From an uncultured Gammaproteobacteria bacterium (lineage in GTDB: Bacteria; Patescibacteriota; Microgenomatia; Levybacterales; GWA1-39-11), in contig CAZXND010000001.1 of assembly GCA_964641355.1 (NCBI GenBank), positions 87,858 to 151,857 of the forward strand: 64,000 bases of DNA, written 5' to 3'. The position numbers and the translations under genes were made by a program. Positions 41,068-50,708 of the stretch are shown here, piece after piece. The first letter of the stretch is position 1, and each line of letters opens with the position of its first letter. The notes beneath the pieces were generated by a model, which ran no database searches, was not told the origin of the DNA, and worked only from the letters and a program-made list of their open reading frames with translations.

Positions 41068-42857
41068 GTAACTTTTGCGTATATTCTTCTAGTATTCTTT
41101 CCCGCTCCTTCCTCTTTTATAATCTTAAACGATTTTATTTCACCTGTAAAATCCACATGAGGACCTCCACAAAATTCTTTTGAATAATTTCCAACAAAGT
41201 ACACTTTTACATTGCTACTATACTTATCGTCAAAAAGACCTATCGCACCTATATTTTTAGCCTGATCTATAGACATGATCTCGAAGTGAACAGGAAGGTT
41301 TTCCTTTATCCTTGTCAAAACAATCTCATCAACCATTTTAACCTCCTCGTGTGTTAACTTTCTATCAAAAGAAAAATCAAACCTTAATCTCTCAGATGTA
41401 ATATTTGATCCTGTTTGGTGAACTGATTCTCCTAATACATCTCGTAACGCCTGGTGCAAGAGATGAGTTGCAGTGTGACCCTTAACCGTCAACTCTTCAT
41501 GGTCAGCTAATCCACCTGCAAATTTTTGTTTAGCTCCCTTTCTTGATAAATCTTGATGTTTTTTTATTTTCTCTACAAACTCTTCCTCAGAAAAAGTATA
41601 TCCCAAACTTTTAATTTGAGAGGGTGATAATCCATGCGTAGAATAAAGAGTAAATGCATCCTCTGAAGATATTTCTTTTACTCCCAAAATTTCATCTCCT
41701 ATATCGCGGTACTTTTTAATTATATAATTCTTTGCACTCTCAACTGTTCTTTTATATGTATTTTTCTCTTCTAAAAAGGTTAATTTAATATTCTCAAATT
41801 TTTTTAATAAAATAGAGTCTGTAGGAGAATATTGTTCGACTATTTTTTCTAGTACTAAATCCACATCATCAATCCCAAGCTTATATAAATTATCAATACC
41901 ACGTCTTATTAATCTTCTTAGTAGATATCCCTGTTCCTTATTTGAAGGTCTGATACCATCTGCTGCAATAAAAGAACCAGCTATAAAATGGTCTGAAACA
42001 ATTCTCATTTCTCGTTCGTTTTCTTTGTATTTTTTACCCGAAACTTCCTCAAGAGACTTCACAATTGGGAAAAAGAGGGATGTTTCAAAAATGTCATTTT
42101 TATCTTCTGTAGCAGCGATAAGCCTTTCAAGTCCTCCTCCAAAATCAACATTAGACTTGGGAAGTCTTTTAAACTCTCCGTCTTTTTCCTTCACGTATTC
42201 CATGAATACACTATTTCCAATCTCTAATAATCTCCCTTTATCAGACAACTCTTTAAAACTTCCCCCTATCTCTCCTTCTTCAGGTTTTAAATCAAAATAA
42301 ACCTCACTATCAGGACCTCCTAATTCGCCAGGAGGCATTTTCTCAGGAACTCCAGACCTCGACCACCAGTTATCCTCAACTCCACAATAAAAGATTCTCC
42401 CATTAGGGTTTATATTTTCGGAATTAAATAGTTCTTTCCAAATTTCAGCAGACTCATCGTCTTTTGGAATATTTTTATACCCTTCAAAGACACTTACATA
42501 AAGCCTTTTAGGATCTAATAACAATTCCTTTGTCAGAAATTCAAAGAACCAAGGGATCTGCTCACGTTTAAAATAATCACCCAAACTCCAATTCCCAAGC
42601 ATTCTAAAAAATGTTGTATGACGATTATCACCAATCTCATCAATATCTTGTGCGCGAAAACAATTTTGAACATTAACCAAACGTGTTCCCGAAGGATGCA
42701 CTTCTCCAAGAAGGTAAGGAATCAATGGCTGCATTCCAGATGAAGTAAAGAGTGTCGTGGGATCATTCTCTGGAATTAACGAAGAATTAGCTATTAAAGC
42801 ATGTTTTCTCTTCTCAAAAAAAGATATATAAATATTTACAATATCCTGAGCACTCAT
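41064..42857 (-). CDS. alaS: Alanine--tRNA ligase, short form lacking the C-terminal C-Ala domain
   Basis: 597 aa; class II catalytic core plus editing domain (HTATHLLHQAL ... CGGPHV), ending right after the editing domain. Confidence 0.85.
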   Translation of the reverse strand: MSAQDIVNIYISFFEKRKHALIANSSLIPENDPTTLFTSSGMQPLIPYLLGEVHPSGTRLVNVQNCFRAQDIDEIGDNRHTTFFRMLGNWSLGDYFKREQIPWFFEFLTKELLLDPKRLYVSVFEGYKNIPKDDESAEIWKELFNSENINPNGRIFYCGVEDNWWSRSGVPEKMPPGELGGPDSEVYFDLKPEEGEIGGSFKELSDKGRLLEIGNSVFMEYVKEKDGEFKRLPKSNVDFGGGLERLIAATEDKNDIFETSLFFPIVKSLEEVSGKKYKENEREMRIVSDHFIAGSFIAADGIRPSNKEQGYLLRRLIRRGIDNLYKLGIDDVDLVLEKIVEQYSPTDSILLKKFENIKLTFLEEKNTYKRTVESAKNYIIKKYRDIGDEILGVKEISSEDAFTLYSTHGLSPSQIKSLGYTFSEEEFVEKIKKHQDLSRKGAKQKFAGGLADHEELTVKGHTATHLLHQALRDVLGESVHQTGSNITSERLRFDFSFDRKLTHEEVKMVDEIVLTRIKENLPVHFEIMSIDQAKNIGAIGLFDDKYSSNVKVYFVGNYSKEFCGGPHVDFTGEIKSFKIIKEEGAGKNTRRIYAKVT

Positions 42858-42898
42858 TTAGATTTATATTATAGCAGTTTGAAGCTGGTTGTAGAAAT

Positions 42899-43516
42899 CT
42901 ACTCTATAAATTCTCTAAGTGGGCAGTCTATATGTTTACAACGGGCTGAACAGTATTTCCTCCCATATAAAATTAATCCTAAAGCAAAATCATGCCAACT
43001 TCTTTTCGGTAGAACCTTCATTAAATCATTCTCAATTTTTTCTGGATCTTGTTTATTGGTTAGTCCAAATAAATTGGCGAGACGCTTTACATGAGTATCA
43101 ACAACTATTCCTTCGCTTTTCCCAAATGCTTCTTGCAAAATTACATTTGCAGTTTTTCTGCCAACAAATGGAAGCTTCACTAATTCTTCCATAGATTCAG
43201 GCAAGTTTCCATCATATTGATCCAAAATAATGTCTGCAGCTTTTTTAATTGCTTTTGCTTTACCTTTATAAAAATTTATTTTATTTATATCTGATTCGAA
43301 CTCCTCCAAAGAAACTTTTTGATAATCAGATATTTTTTTATATTTACTAAATAATTCTTTAGTTACCTTGTTTACTCCAACATCGGTCTGCTGAGCAGAA
43401 AGTACAACCGCAACATATAATTCCCAGGGATTTGAATATGTAAGAGGAGTATGGGGATCTGGGAATAATTTTTTTAGAATCACTTCTATCTTATTTATTT
43501 TTTCCGTTTTACTCAT
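42899..43516 (-). CDS. nth: Endonuclease III (HhH-GPD, 4Fe-4S)
   Basis: 205 aa; HhH LPFVGRKTANVIL and cluster motif CSARCKHIDCPL. Confidence 0.85.
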   Translation of the reverse strand: MSKTEKINKIEVILKKLFPDPHTPLTYSNPWELYVAVVLSAQQTDVGVNKVTKELFSKYKKISDYQKVSLEEFESDINKINFYKGKAKAIKKAADIILDQYDGNLPESMEELVKLPFVGRKTANVILQEAFGKSEGIVVDTHVKRLANLFGLTNKQDPEKIENDLMKVLPKRSWHDFALGLILYGRKYCSARCKHIDCPLREFIE

Positions 43517-43519
43517 TTC

Positions 43520-44476
43520 TTATTTTAACGTTGAGATTTCCGCTATTGTATCTGCCAATTTTTTTGAATCATGTCTCAAAAACTGTCCTCTCCTCAAAAA
43601 CTTTCCCACTATAACTTTAAAATTATCTTTTTCAAAAGCCTTAGGGGAATATTCAACAAATTCTTCATTTTCTTCTCTATATCTTTCTAGGATTTCTCCT
43701 TTAAGCTTTTGAACATTTACTATTATGTAATTCAAAACTCCCTTACCTAAGTGTTCTTCCATAATCCTAACAAAATCTCTTGCCGAATAACTATTTGTTT
43801 CACCAAATTTCGTCATTATGTTTACGACATAAATTTTTTTGGCCTTAGAATTTTTAATAGCATCTTTTATTCCCTTTACTAGCAGGTTGGGAATGATCGA
43901 AGTATATAAATCTCCAGGTCCAAGAATTATAAAATCTGCTTTTTTAATTGCATCGACAGCATCGGGATTTGCATTAACATTCGGTTTCAAAAATAATCTT
44001 TTAATCTTGAGGCTTCCATCATGCTTTGGAACATCGATGTTCGTCTCGCCAATTACAACTTCACCATTTTCTAAAGTAGCATGAAGCCTCGTCGGAGTGA
44101 GTGTTACTGGAATTACCTTCCCTCTAACATTAAGAATTTTAACAGCTTCTTTAACTGCTTTATCAAAACTTCCAGTTATTCGTTCTAACGCCGTTAAAAG
44201 AAGATTACCCAAACTATGTCCCTTCAAAGTTTGTCCCTCTGAAAACCGATAATTAAATAATTCGGAAACAATCTTATTATTAGTCTCTGAAAGAGCTACA
44301 AGAACACGTCTAATATCCCCTGGTGGTAGTATCCCAAACTCTTCTCGAAGCTGCCCAGTTGAACCACCATCATCAGCCATGGAAACGATAGCATAAAGTT
44401 TAAAAGGATAGTTTTTAAGCCCGGTAAGAACAGTAAAAACTCCAGTCCCACCACCTATTACAACAATTCTTTTCAT
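43520..44476 (-). CDS. yvcK: YvcK/UPF0052 (CofD-like, gluconeogenesis factor family)
   Basis: 318 aa, starting VVIGGGTGVFTVLTGLK...DDGGSTGQLR. Confidence 0.75.
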   Translation of the reverse strand: MKRIVVIGGGTGVFTVLTGLKNYPFKLYAIVSMADDGGSTGQLREEFGILPPGDIRRVLVALSETNNKIVSELFNYRFSEGQTLKGHSLGNLLLTALERITGSFDKAVKEAVKILNVRGKVIPVTLTPTRLHATLENGEVVIGETNIDVPKHDGSLKIKRLFLKPNVNANPDAVDAIKKADFIILGPGDLYTSIIPNLLVKGIKDAIKNSKAKKIYVVNIMTKFGETNSYSARDFVRIMEEHLGKGVLNYIIVNVQKLKGEILERYREENEEFVEYSPKAFEKDNFKVIVGKFLRRGQFLRHDSKKLADTIAEISTLK

Positions 44477-44568
44477 ATCTTATAAAGTTTAATATAGAAA
44501 ACCTCCAAAAGAATTATATCTTTCCTATAATGCCGCAATTATATCAAACTCGAGGTTAAACAGTAGCT

Positions 44569-44889
44569 CTAAAACCTTTTTTTAATCCCTTTAAAAAAAC
44601 GCTTTCTAGGAGAATGTCCATTACCATTTTCATGCAATTCTTCTTGATTTTCCTCAACCTCGTCCGTCTCCTCGTTCGTATACTCATCCGCTCCTTCGAA
44701 TTCTGAAATATTTTCAAGAGTTTCAAACCCCATTTCAGATAATTGTTTCAAGATTCTCTTTCCCCTTTTTGTAGTAAAAAGATAAACTATAATTCCACCA
44801 ATTATCATTCCCCACAAAAAAGCATTACTACTAGATTTACGATGTTCATTCTTCTCAGACATGGAGCTACTCCTTCCTTTTTTTTGCAC
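44569..44889 (-). CDS. YtxH-like small membrane protein
   Basis: 106 aa; LWGMIIGGIIVYLFTTKRGKRILKQL matches the YtxH GxxxG/KSGKE-type segment, followed by an acidic tail. Confidence 0.5.
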   Translation of the reverse strand: MQKKGRSSSMSEKNEHRKSSSNAFLWGMIIGGIIVYLFTTKRGKRILKQLSEMGFETLENISEFEGADEYTNEETDEVEENQEELHENGNGHSPRKRFFKGIKKRF

Positions 44890-45127
44890 CTAAAACTTTA
44901 GCCAAGTTTGACAAAGACTTAGTACCAGTTAAAAGACCTGATAAAAATGACATGGGTTCTGAAACACTTTCAGTTATTACCTCAGTGTTCTCAAGAACTT
45001 TATTGGCTCGATCTAATGTTGTTCTAAGCTCTTTTAATATAAAAAATACCTGAACCCCAAGCACAACAAGAAGAACGGTAAGAAGAACGATAACAAAAAG
45101 CAAAACACCTTGGACAGCATCAATCAT
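44867..45127 (-). CDS. DUF948 (YtxG-like) small membrane protein
   Basis: 86 aa: N-terminal TM then a coiled-coil. It overlaps the downstream YtxH-like gene, mirroring the Bacillus ytxG-ytxH arrangement. Confidence 0.5.
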   Translation of the reverse strand: MIDAVQGVLLFVIVLLTVLLVVLGVQVFFILKELRTTLDRANKVLENTEVITESVSEPMSFLSGLLTGTKSLSNLAKVLGAKKRKE

Positions 45128-45171
45128 GGTTTTATTAGACTAGCACTTATTAAGCTCAAAAGTCAATAAAA

Positions 45172-45792
45172 TCATTTAACAATTACTGATAACTCTTTTT
45201 TACTAGATTTTCCATATCTGTTTTTGGCTACTATTTTTATCTTCTGTTCACCCGAAAAAGTATAGATTGTTTTCTTAAAGGATCCGTCAAAAGGAGCAAC
45301 ATAAACTTCCTCTTCGTTAATAAAAAGGGCTGCATAGGGATCTGTTTTTCCTTTGACTTCAATTAAATTTCCGCCTATGATTGATCTATCTCGGGGACTA
45401 ACCACTTCAAGCTTTGGACCAAAAATGAGTGACCCGTATTGAAAAATAATAAAAATAATAATTATTATAAAAGTTGCAAACAAAAGAATTCTCTTTGCAT
45501 CAAAAAAACCTTTCCTAACAGATTCTCTTTGTTTAAAAGTTACACTATTCTCTTTTTTATCATCATATTCTCTTCGAAAAAGAGCGATTGCCTTCCCTTC
45601 GGGATAGCCAAGAAATGATGCATAATTTTTTACAAACCCCATTGCATATGCTTGAGATGGTAACTGATCGAATTTCCCGTTTTCTATTGCCAAAAGAAAA
45701 TTCTTTCTTATTTTTGTAATTCTTTCAACATGCTCAATGGAAAGGTCTCTCTTTTCCCTTTCTTCCTTCAATAATTGGCTGATTTTTTGCAT
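45172..45792 (-). CDS. rodZ: RodZ-like cytoskeleton protein (XRE HTH, TM, C-terminal domain)
   Basis: 206 aa; N-terminal HTH LSIEHVERITKIRKNFLLAIENG, central TM, C-terminal DUF4115-like segment. Confidence 0.65.
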   Translation of the reverse strand: MQKISQLLKEEREKRDLSIEHVERITKIRKNFLLAIENGKFDQLPSQAYAMGFVKNYASFLGYPEGKAIALFRREYDDKKENSVTFKQRESVRKGFFDAKRILLFATFIIIIIFIIFQYGSLIFGPKLEVVSPRDRSIIGGNLIEVKGKTDPYAALFINEEEVYVAPFDGSFKKTIYTFSGEQKIKIVAKNRYGKSSKKELSVIVK

Positions 45793-45815
45793 GTATAATA
45801 TAACTGACTTCGAGG

Positions 45816-47921
45816 TTAAGTTGATCTATTAAGAATTTCTTCAGGATTTTTTACTATTACATCACGGGGCTTTGATCCATCTCCGGGACCAACGACTCCA
45901 GCCGCTTCAAGCTGTTCGATAATTCTTGCTGCCCTATTAAAACCTATAGAAAGCTTTCTCTGAAGAAGGGAGGACGAAGCTCTATCGTACTGACATACAA
46001 TTCTTACTGCTTGCTCAAACAATTCATCTTGATCGTCATGCACTGATCCATCACTACTATAAGTGACACCTCCACGCTTTAAATTTACAGGCTGTTCAAC
46101 AACTTCAGTTGTGTATTGAACTGGAATTCCACGAGACTTAATAAAATTAACTAATCTTTTTACATCTTGATCTGATACAAAGGTTCCTTGAATTCTCGTA
46201 GGTTTAGCTTGATCAGGTGGTACGTACAACATATCTCCTCTTCCAAGAAGCTTCTCTGCTCCTGGCGTGTCAATAATAACCTTACTATCAACCATCGAAG
46301 AAACATTAAACGCTATCCTACAAGGAATATTGGCTTTAATTAATCCCGTTATAACATCTACTGAAGGTCTTTGAGTTGATAACACTAAATGTATTCCAGT
46401 TGCACGTGCCATTTGTGCAAGACGGGCAATCGAGTCCTCAACTTCAACAGGTGCAAGCGCCATCAAGTCAGCAAGTTCATCTATAAATATGATTAAATAA
46501 GGAAGAGCTTGAAACCCAGACAACTCGTTAAAAGAATCAATATTCCTTACTCCTGCATCAGCAAACTTTATATATCTTCTATCCATCTCCTTAAGAGCCC
46601 ACTTAAGAGCAGAAACACTTTTATCTGCATCAACAACTACAGGAGTTAAAAGGTGGGGAATATCATTATAACCAGTCAACTCAACTCTTTTAGGATCAAT
46701 TAGAATCATCTTGACCTCAGACGGTGAAGCCCTAAAAAGCAAAGAGGATATAATAGAGTTAACGAGTACTGATTTTCCAGATCCTGTTGTTCCAGCAACA
46801 AGTACATGAGGCATTTTAGCAATATCAGCAACCACTGGATTTCCTGAGACATCTAAACCAAGAGGAACAATCGTCTTTGATTTTGCCTTCTGCATTTGTG
46901 AAGATTCAAGCATTCTTTTAAGACCTACCATCTCAAGACCTCTATTTGGAACTTCTATACCTACCAAGTCTCTTCCAGGAATCGGAGCTTCGATTCTTAT
47001 CTGACCGGTAGGTGCTTCCGTTGCAAGAGCAAGATCATTAGCAAGAGCTGTGACTTTTGAAAGTTTAGTTCCCTGAGCAATTCTAATTGCATACTGAGTA
47101 ACTGAAGGGCCCATGTTTATTTCGATAATTTTTGCCTGAATTCTAAAACTTTGGAGCGTGTTTTCAATAATCGCAGCGGTCTTCTTTACATCACCAGTAT
47201 CCTTTTTTTTATCAGCGTGCTCTGATAGTAAAGAAAGTGGAGGATACTCCCAAACTCCCATTTCAAGAGGTTCATTAAGAATGATATCATCACTCAAATC
47301 CTTCTTTGCAGCTGCAACGACAGGAGGTTGTGAGTGAGATTCAGAAGAAGTAGGAGTATCTTTTAAGCCTTTAATTTTTATTTGATCTATATCATTAGTT
47401 GATTTTTTAGTTTTAAGCAAAGGAAAGATCCTTTGACTAATAAAGACGCCCACAAAAGACAATGATTTAGAAATTACCGAAAAAACTTGAGAAATAGATA
47501 AATTAAAGAATATACTTAGTCCTAAAAATATTCCTACAAAGAAAATAATATTGCTTAAAATTCCACCCAAGAGCGCGTCAGTATTTGCAAAAATAAGTAT
47601 TCCAACATAACCTTGTTTAAAAAGAGAAACAGAAGATAAGGTCATTATTAAAAAACCTAGGAAAAAAGTTGGCTTTGTAAATTTAGATTTTATTCTTGTT
47701 AACAGCAGAGCAAAAAGAAGTATATTAAATGGGATGAAAAATCCAAATAAACCAAAAAAATAAACCAAATATCTATTTGTAGTACTTAGAAATTCTCCAT
47801 TTTTTGTGTAAGAGAAAAGCAAAAGAGCAGAAAACAAGAAGAGACAAATACAAAAAAGTGTATAAATAGTATCATTTTTAAGCTTGAGCTTAAATAAATT
47901 TCTTTTTTTGTGTCTACCCAC
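45816..47921 (-). CDS. ftsK: DNA translocase FtsK/SpoIIIE
   Basis: 701 aa; 4 N-terminal TMs, linker, motor domain with Walker A VLVAGTTGSGKS, and a C-terminal gamma-domain. Confidence 0.9.
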   Translation of the reverse strand: MGRHKKRNLFKLKLKNDTIYTLFCICLFLFSALLLFSYTKNGEFLSTTNRYLVYFFGLFGFFIPFNILLFALLLTRIKSKFTKPTFFLGFLIMTLSSVSLFKQGYVGILIFANTDALLGGILSNIIFFVGIFLGLSIFFNLSISQVFSVISKSLSFVGVFISQRIFPLLKTKKSTNDIDQIKIKGLKDTPTSSESHSQPPVVAAAKKDLSDDIILNEPLEMGVWEYPPLSLLSEHADKKKDTGDVKKTAAIIENTLQSFRIQAKIIEINMGPSVTQYAIRIAQGTKLSKVTALANDLALATEAPTGQIRIEAPIPGRDLVGIEVPNRGLEMVGLKRMLESSQMQKAKSKTIVPLGLDVSGNPVVADIAKMPHVLVAGTTGSGKSVLVNSIISSLLFRASPSEVKMILIDPKRVELTGYNDIPHLLTPVVVDADKSVSALKWALKEMDRRYIKFADAGVRNIDSFNELSGFQALPYLIIFIDELADLMALAPVEVEDSIARLAQMARATGIHLVLSTQRPSVDVITGLIKANIPCRIAFNVSSMVDSKVIIDTPGAEKLLGRGDMLYVPPDQAKPTRIQGTFVSDQDVKRLVNFIKSRGIPVQYTTEVVEQPVNLKRGGVTYSSDGSVHDDQDELFEQAVRIVCQYDRASSSLLQRKLSIGFNRAARIIEQLEAAGVVGPGDGSKPRDVIVKNPEEILNRST

Positions 47922-47953
47922 GGTAGTATTATACTATACTTATGCTTTTCTTA

Positions 47954-49630
47954 CTAAATTTCAATAACAACGGGGACAACTAACGGCTCTTTTCCCTCTT
48001 GATATAACACCTCTTCAGCTTTTTCACTTAAAAGTTTTTTAATATGTATCCAATTAGAAACTCTTTCTTTCCTTTTTGATAGAATATTTCTTACTCTAGA
48101 CTCTATAGTATTAGAAAGCCGATTCTTATCTTGATACATAAATCCTTTAGTTATTAAGTCAAGTCTGCCTACCATTTGCCCATTATTAGAGTCTATTTCT
48201 GCTACAACAATAACAACCCCTTCTTCTGAGATCTTTTTTCTATCAAGCACAACGAAGTTTTCAACTTCTTCCTCTGTAATCTTATCGACAAAAACTGCCC
48301 CAGCATCAACTTTTCTACCAAAAGAATAAGTATCTTTTGAAAAAACGACCTCTTGACCATCCTCAAGAAGAATCGTATCATCACTTAAATATCCCATACT
48401 ATTTGCTATTTCCCGAAAAGCTACCATGTGTCTATAGGTTCCCCCTATGGGTATGAGAAACTTTGGAGCAGTTAGAGCAATCATAAGTTTAATATCCCCT
48501 TCTGAGCCATGTCCTGATACATGAAACTCATCCGTAATATCCGAGTAGACAACCTTAACTCTTTTTTTTGATATAGTGTCGATTAAAGAATTAACGCTTA
48601 TTTCATTCCCTGGAATTGGATCAGCAGAAAATATTACAACATCACCAGCCTTCATCCTAATATCTCGATCTTCATCGCTTGCTATCCTCACCAAAGCTGA
48701 CTCCTCTTGAGCTTGACTTCCTGCAACCAAAATAAGAACTTTTGACGGGTCGTATTTATTTATTTCATAAGGTTTTATTTCCATTTTTTTGGGAAGCTTC
48801 ATATAGCTAAGTTGTCGCCCAATATCACGAGATTTAAGAAAAGAACGACCTATAAAACATACTTTTCTTCCATACTTAGCCGCTACTTCTAGCGCCTGAT
48901 TCATTCTTGAAATATTTGAAGAATAAGTAGTTATAAAAACTTTTCCTTTAGCATTCCTAATCTCATCCTCAAAACTTTGGGAAATATCCTTTTCAGAAGC
49001 AGAGTGTCCCTTTCTTTCTGCCCCAAGCGAATCACAGAAAAGACATGTTATTCCTTGAGCTGATAATTGAGCGATTTTTCTAATATCAGAAGGTTTTCCA
49101 TCAACTGGGGTAAAATCAAATTTGAAATCACTAGCGTGAAAAAAATTGGCTGTTGGAGTTTTTATAAAAATATTGGCAGTATCCATAACAGAATGTGTTA
49201 CTCTTACAAAGGTTGCAGTAAAATTTCCTATTTTTATTTCCTCAGAAAAATTGACAATTTTAACTTTTTTATCAATTCTTCTATCGGCGAATTTTCCATT
49301 CTCAAGCTCAGCTGTAAGTCTTGAAGCAAAAATTGGAAAATCAGGAAGCTGGTTAATTAAAAATGGAAGCGCACCTATATGATCTTCGTGTCCATGAGTA
49401 AGAACCATTCCAACAATTTTTTTCTTAGTATTTTTTAAGTAAGTTATATCAGGGATCAAAAAATCTACACCAAGATCTGTTTCATTAGCAAATCCAAGAC
49501 CACAATCAACTATAAGAATCTCTTCTCCCCATTCATAGAGATACATGTTTTTAGTAACGTCACCAATCCCACCAATGGGTATAAATGATACTTTGTCTTG
49601 CATTAGGAATATTCTACCATTTGGAAACAA
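47954..49630 (-). CDS. rnj: Ribonuclease J
   Basis: 558 aa; metallo-beta-lactamase HGHEDHIG plus beta-CASP and C-terminal domain. Confidence 0.85.
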   Translation of the reverse strand: MFPNGRIFLMQDKVSFIPIGGIGDVTKNMYLYEWGEEILIVDCGLGFANETDLGVDFLIPDITYLKNTKKKIVGMVLTHGHEDHIGALPFLINQLPDFPIFASRLTAELENGKFADRRIDKKVKIVNFSEEIKIGNFTATFVRVTHSVMDTANIFIKTPTANFFHASDFKFDFTPVDGKPSDIRKIAQLSAQGITCLFCDSLGAERKGHSASEKDISQSFEDEIRNAKGKVFITTYSSNISRMNQALEVAAKYGRKVCFIGRSFLKSRDIGRQLSYMKLPKKMEIKPYEINKYDPSKVLILVAGSQAQEESALVRIASDEDRDIRMKAGDVVIFSADPIPGNEISVNSLIDTISKKRVKVVYSDITDEFHVSGHGSEGDIKLMIALTAPKFLIPIGGTYRHMVAFREIANSMGYLSDDTILLEDGQEVVFSKDTYSFGRKVDAGAVFVDKITEEEVENFVVLDRKKISEEGVVIVVAEIDSNNGQMVGRLDLITKGFMYQDKNRLSNTIESRVRNILSKRKERVSNWIHIKKLLSEKAEEVLYQEGKEPLVVPVVIEI

Positions 49631-50684
49631 ATTGAGTAATATTAGATTTATTTATGATAAATTTTTGATTTGGAGATATTTTCCCTTCGAGTATAAGTAG
49701 TGCTACTCTTCTTACAACACTTTGAATAGTTCTCTGTAAACTCCGAATTCCAGAATCATACCCTAAAGGTCTAACAATGTCATCCCAAACACTATCATCT
49801 ATTATTAAATCGTTAATTGTTAAACCCGATTCTGTCAAAATCTTAGGAAACATATGTGTTTTTGCTATTGTAATTTTCTCACTATCTGAATAAGACGGCA
49901 TTTGAATCATTTCAAGCCTATCAATAACAGCAGTTGAAATATCTTTAGTATTATTTGAAGTTGCTATAAATAAAACATCCGATAAATCAAATGGAAAATC
50001 AATATAGTGATCAACGAAGTTTTTGTTTTGTTCAGGATCAAGAATCTCAACAAGAACACCCATTATGTCTGCTCTTGCATCTTCACTCACCCTATCTATT
50101 TCATCAAGAAGAATTACTAGGTTTCGACTCTTTGCATGTTTCAGAGCTTTAATAATCGCCCCAGGTTCTGCGTCAGAAGAAAATCTTGATCGACCTCGAA
50201 GTTGAACAGGAGAACCCATTCCTCCGAAAGGAATTCTCTCAATCCTTCTTCCAAGAGCTTCAGCAATTGAATAAGCAATAGTAGTTTTACCAACTCCAAC
50301 AAGTCCCACTAAAGAGATTATGGGAGCACGTAAGATCTTTTCTCCACTTCCTGCAAATCTTTGCTCTTTAATTATCATTACCGAAAGATATTCAAGTATT
50401 TTTTCTTTAACATCAGCCAGTCCAAAGTGATTTTTATCAAGCACCTGACGAGCGTGATTAAGATCAAGAATATCCTTTGTTTCACTTTGCCATGGAAGAG
50501 AAGTTACCCAATCTATATATCTTGAAATATTGTCATATTCAATAAAAAAACTAGAATCCTTTTCAACAATTTTTAATCTTTCAAGAAGTGAATTCGCTTT
50601 TTCTTTTAAATCTTGTGGGAGACTAATAGATACAATCTTTTCTTCAAGTTTTTTAATTTGGACAGCTGTGGCAGATTGCTCCAT
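49614..50684 (-). CDS. Lon-like AAA+ ATPase module with no N-terminal LON domain and no S16 protease domain
   Basis: 356 aa. Residues 1-90 match the Lon pre-AAA helical segment (SLPWQSETKDILDLNHARQVLDKNHFGL). Walker A LVGLVGVGKTT, Walker B VILLDEIDR, sensor ATSNN...IDRLEMI. The ORF ends with ...GIRSLQR, where Lon's AAA+ module ends, and rnj follows immediately with overlap. Confidence 0.7.
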   Translation of the reverse strand: MEQSATAVQIKKLEEKIVSISLPQDLKEKANSLLERLKIVEKDSSFFIEYDNISRYIDWVTSLPWQSETKDILDLNHARQVLDKNHFGLADVKEKILEYLSVMIIKEQRFAGSGEKILRAPIISLVGLVGVGKTTIAYSIAEALGRRIERIPFGGMGSPVQLRGRSRFSSDAEPGAIIKALKHAKSRNLVILLDEIDRVSEDARADIMGVLVEILDPEQNKNFVDHYIDFPFDLSDVLFIATSNNTKDISTAVIDRLEMIQMPSYSDSEKITIAKTHMFPKILTESGLTINDLIIDDSVWDDIVRPLGYDSGIRSLQRTIQSVVRRVALLILEGKISPNQKFIINKSNITQFVSKW

Positions 50685-50708
50685 GGAAAAAGTATATCAA
50701 AAATGAGT

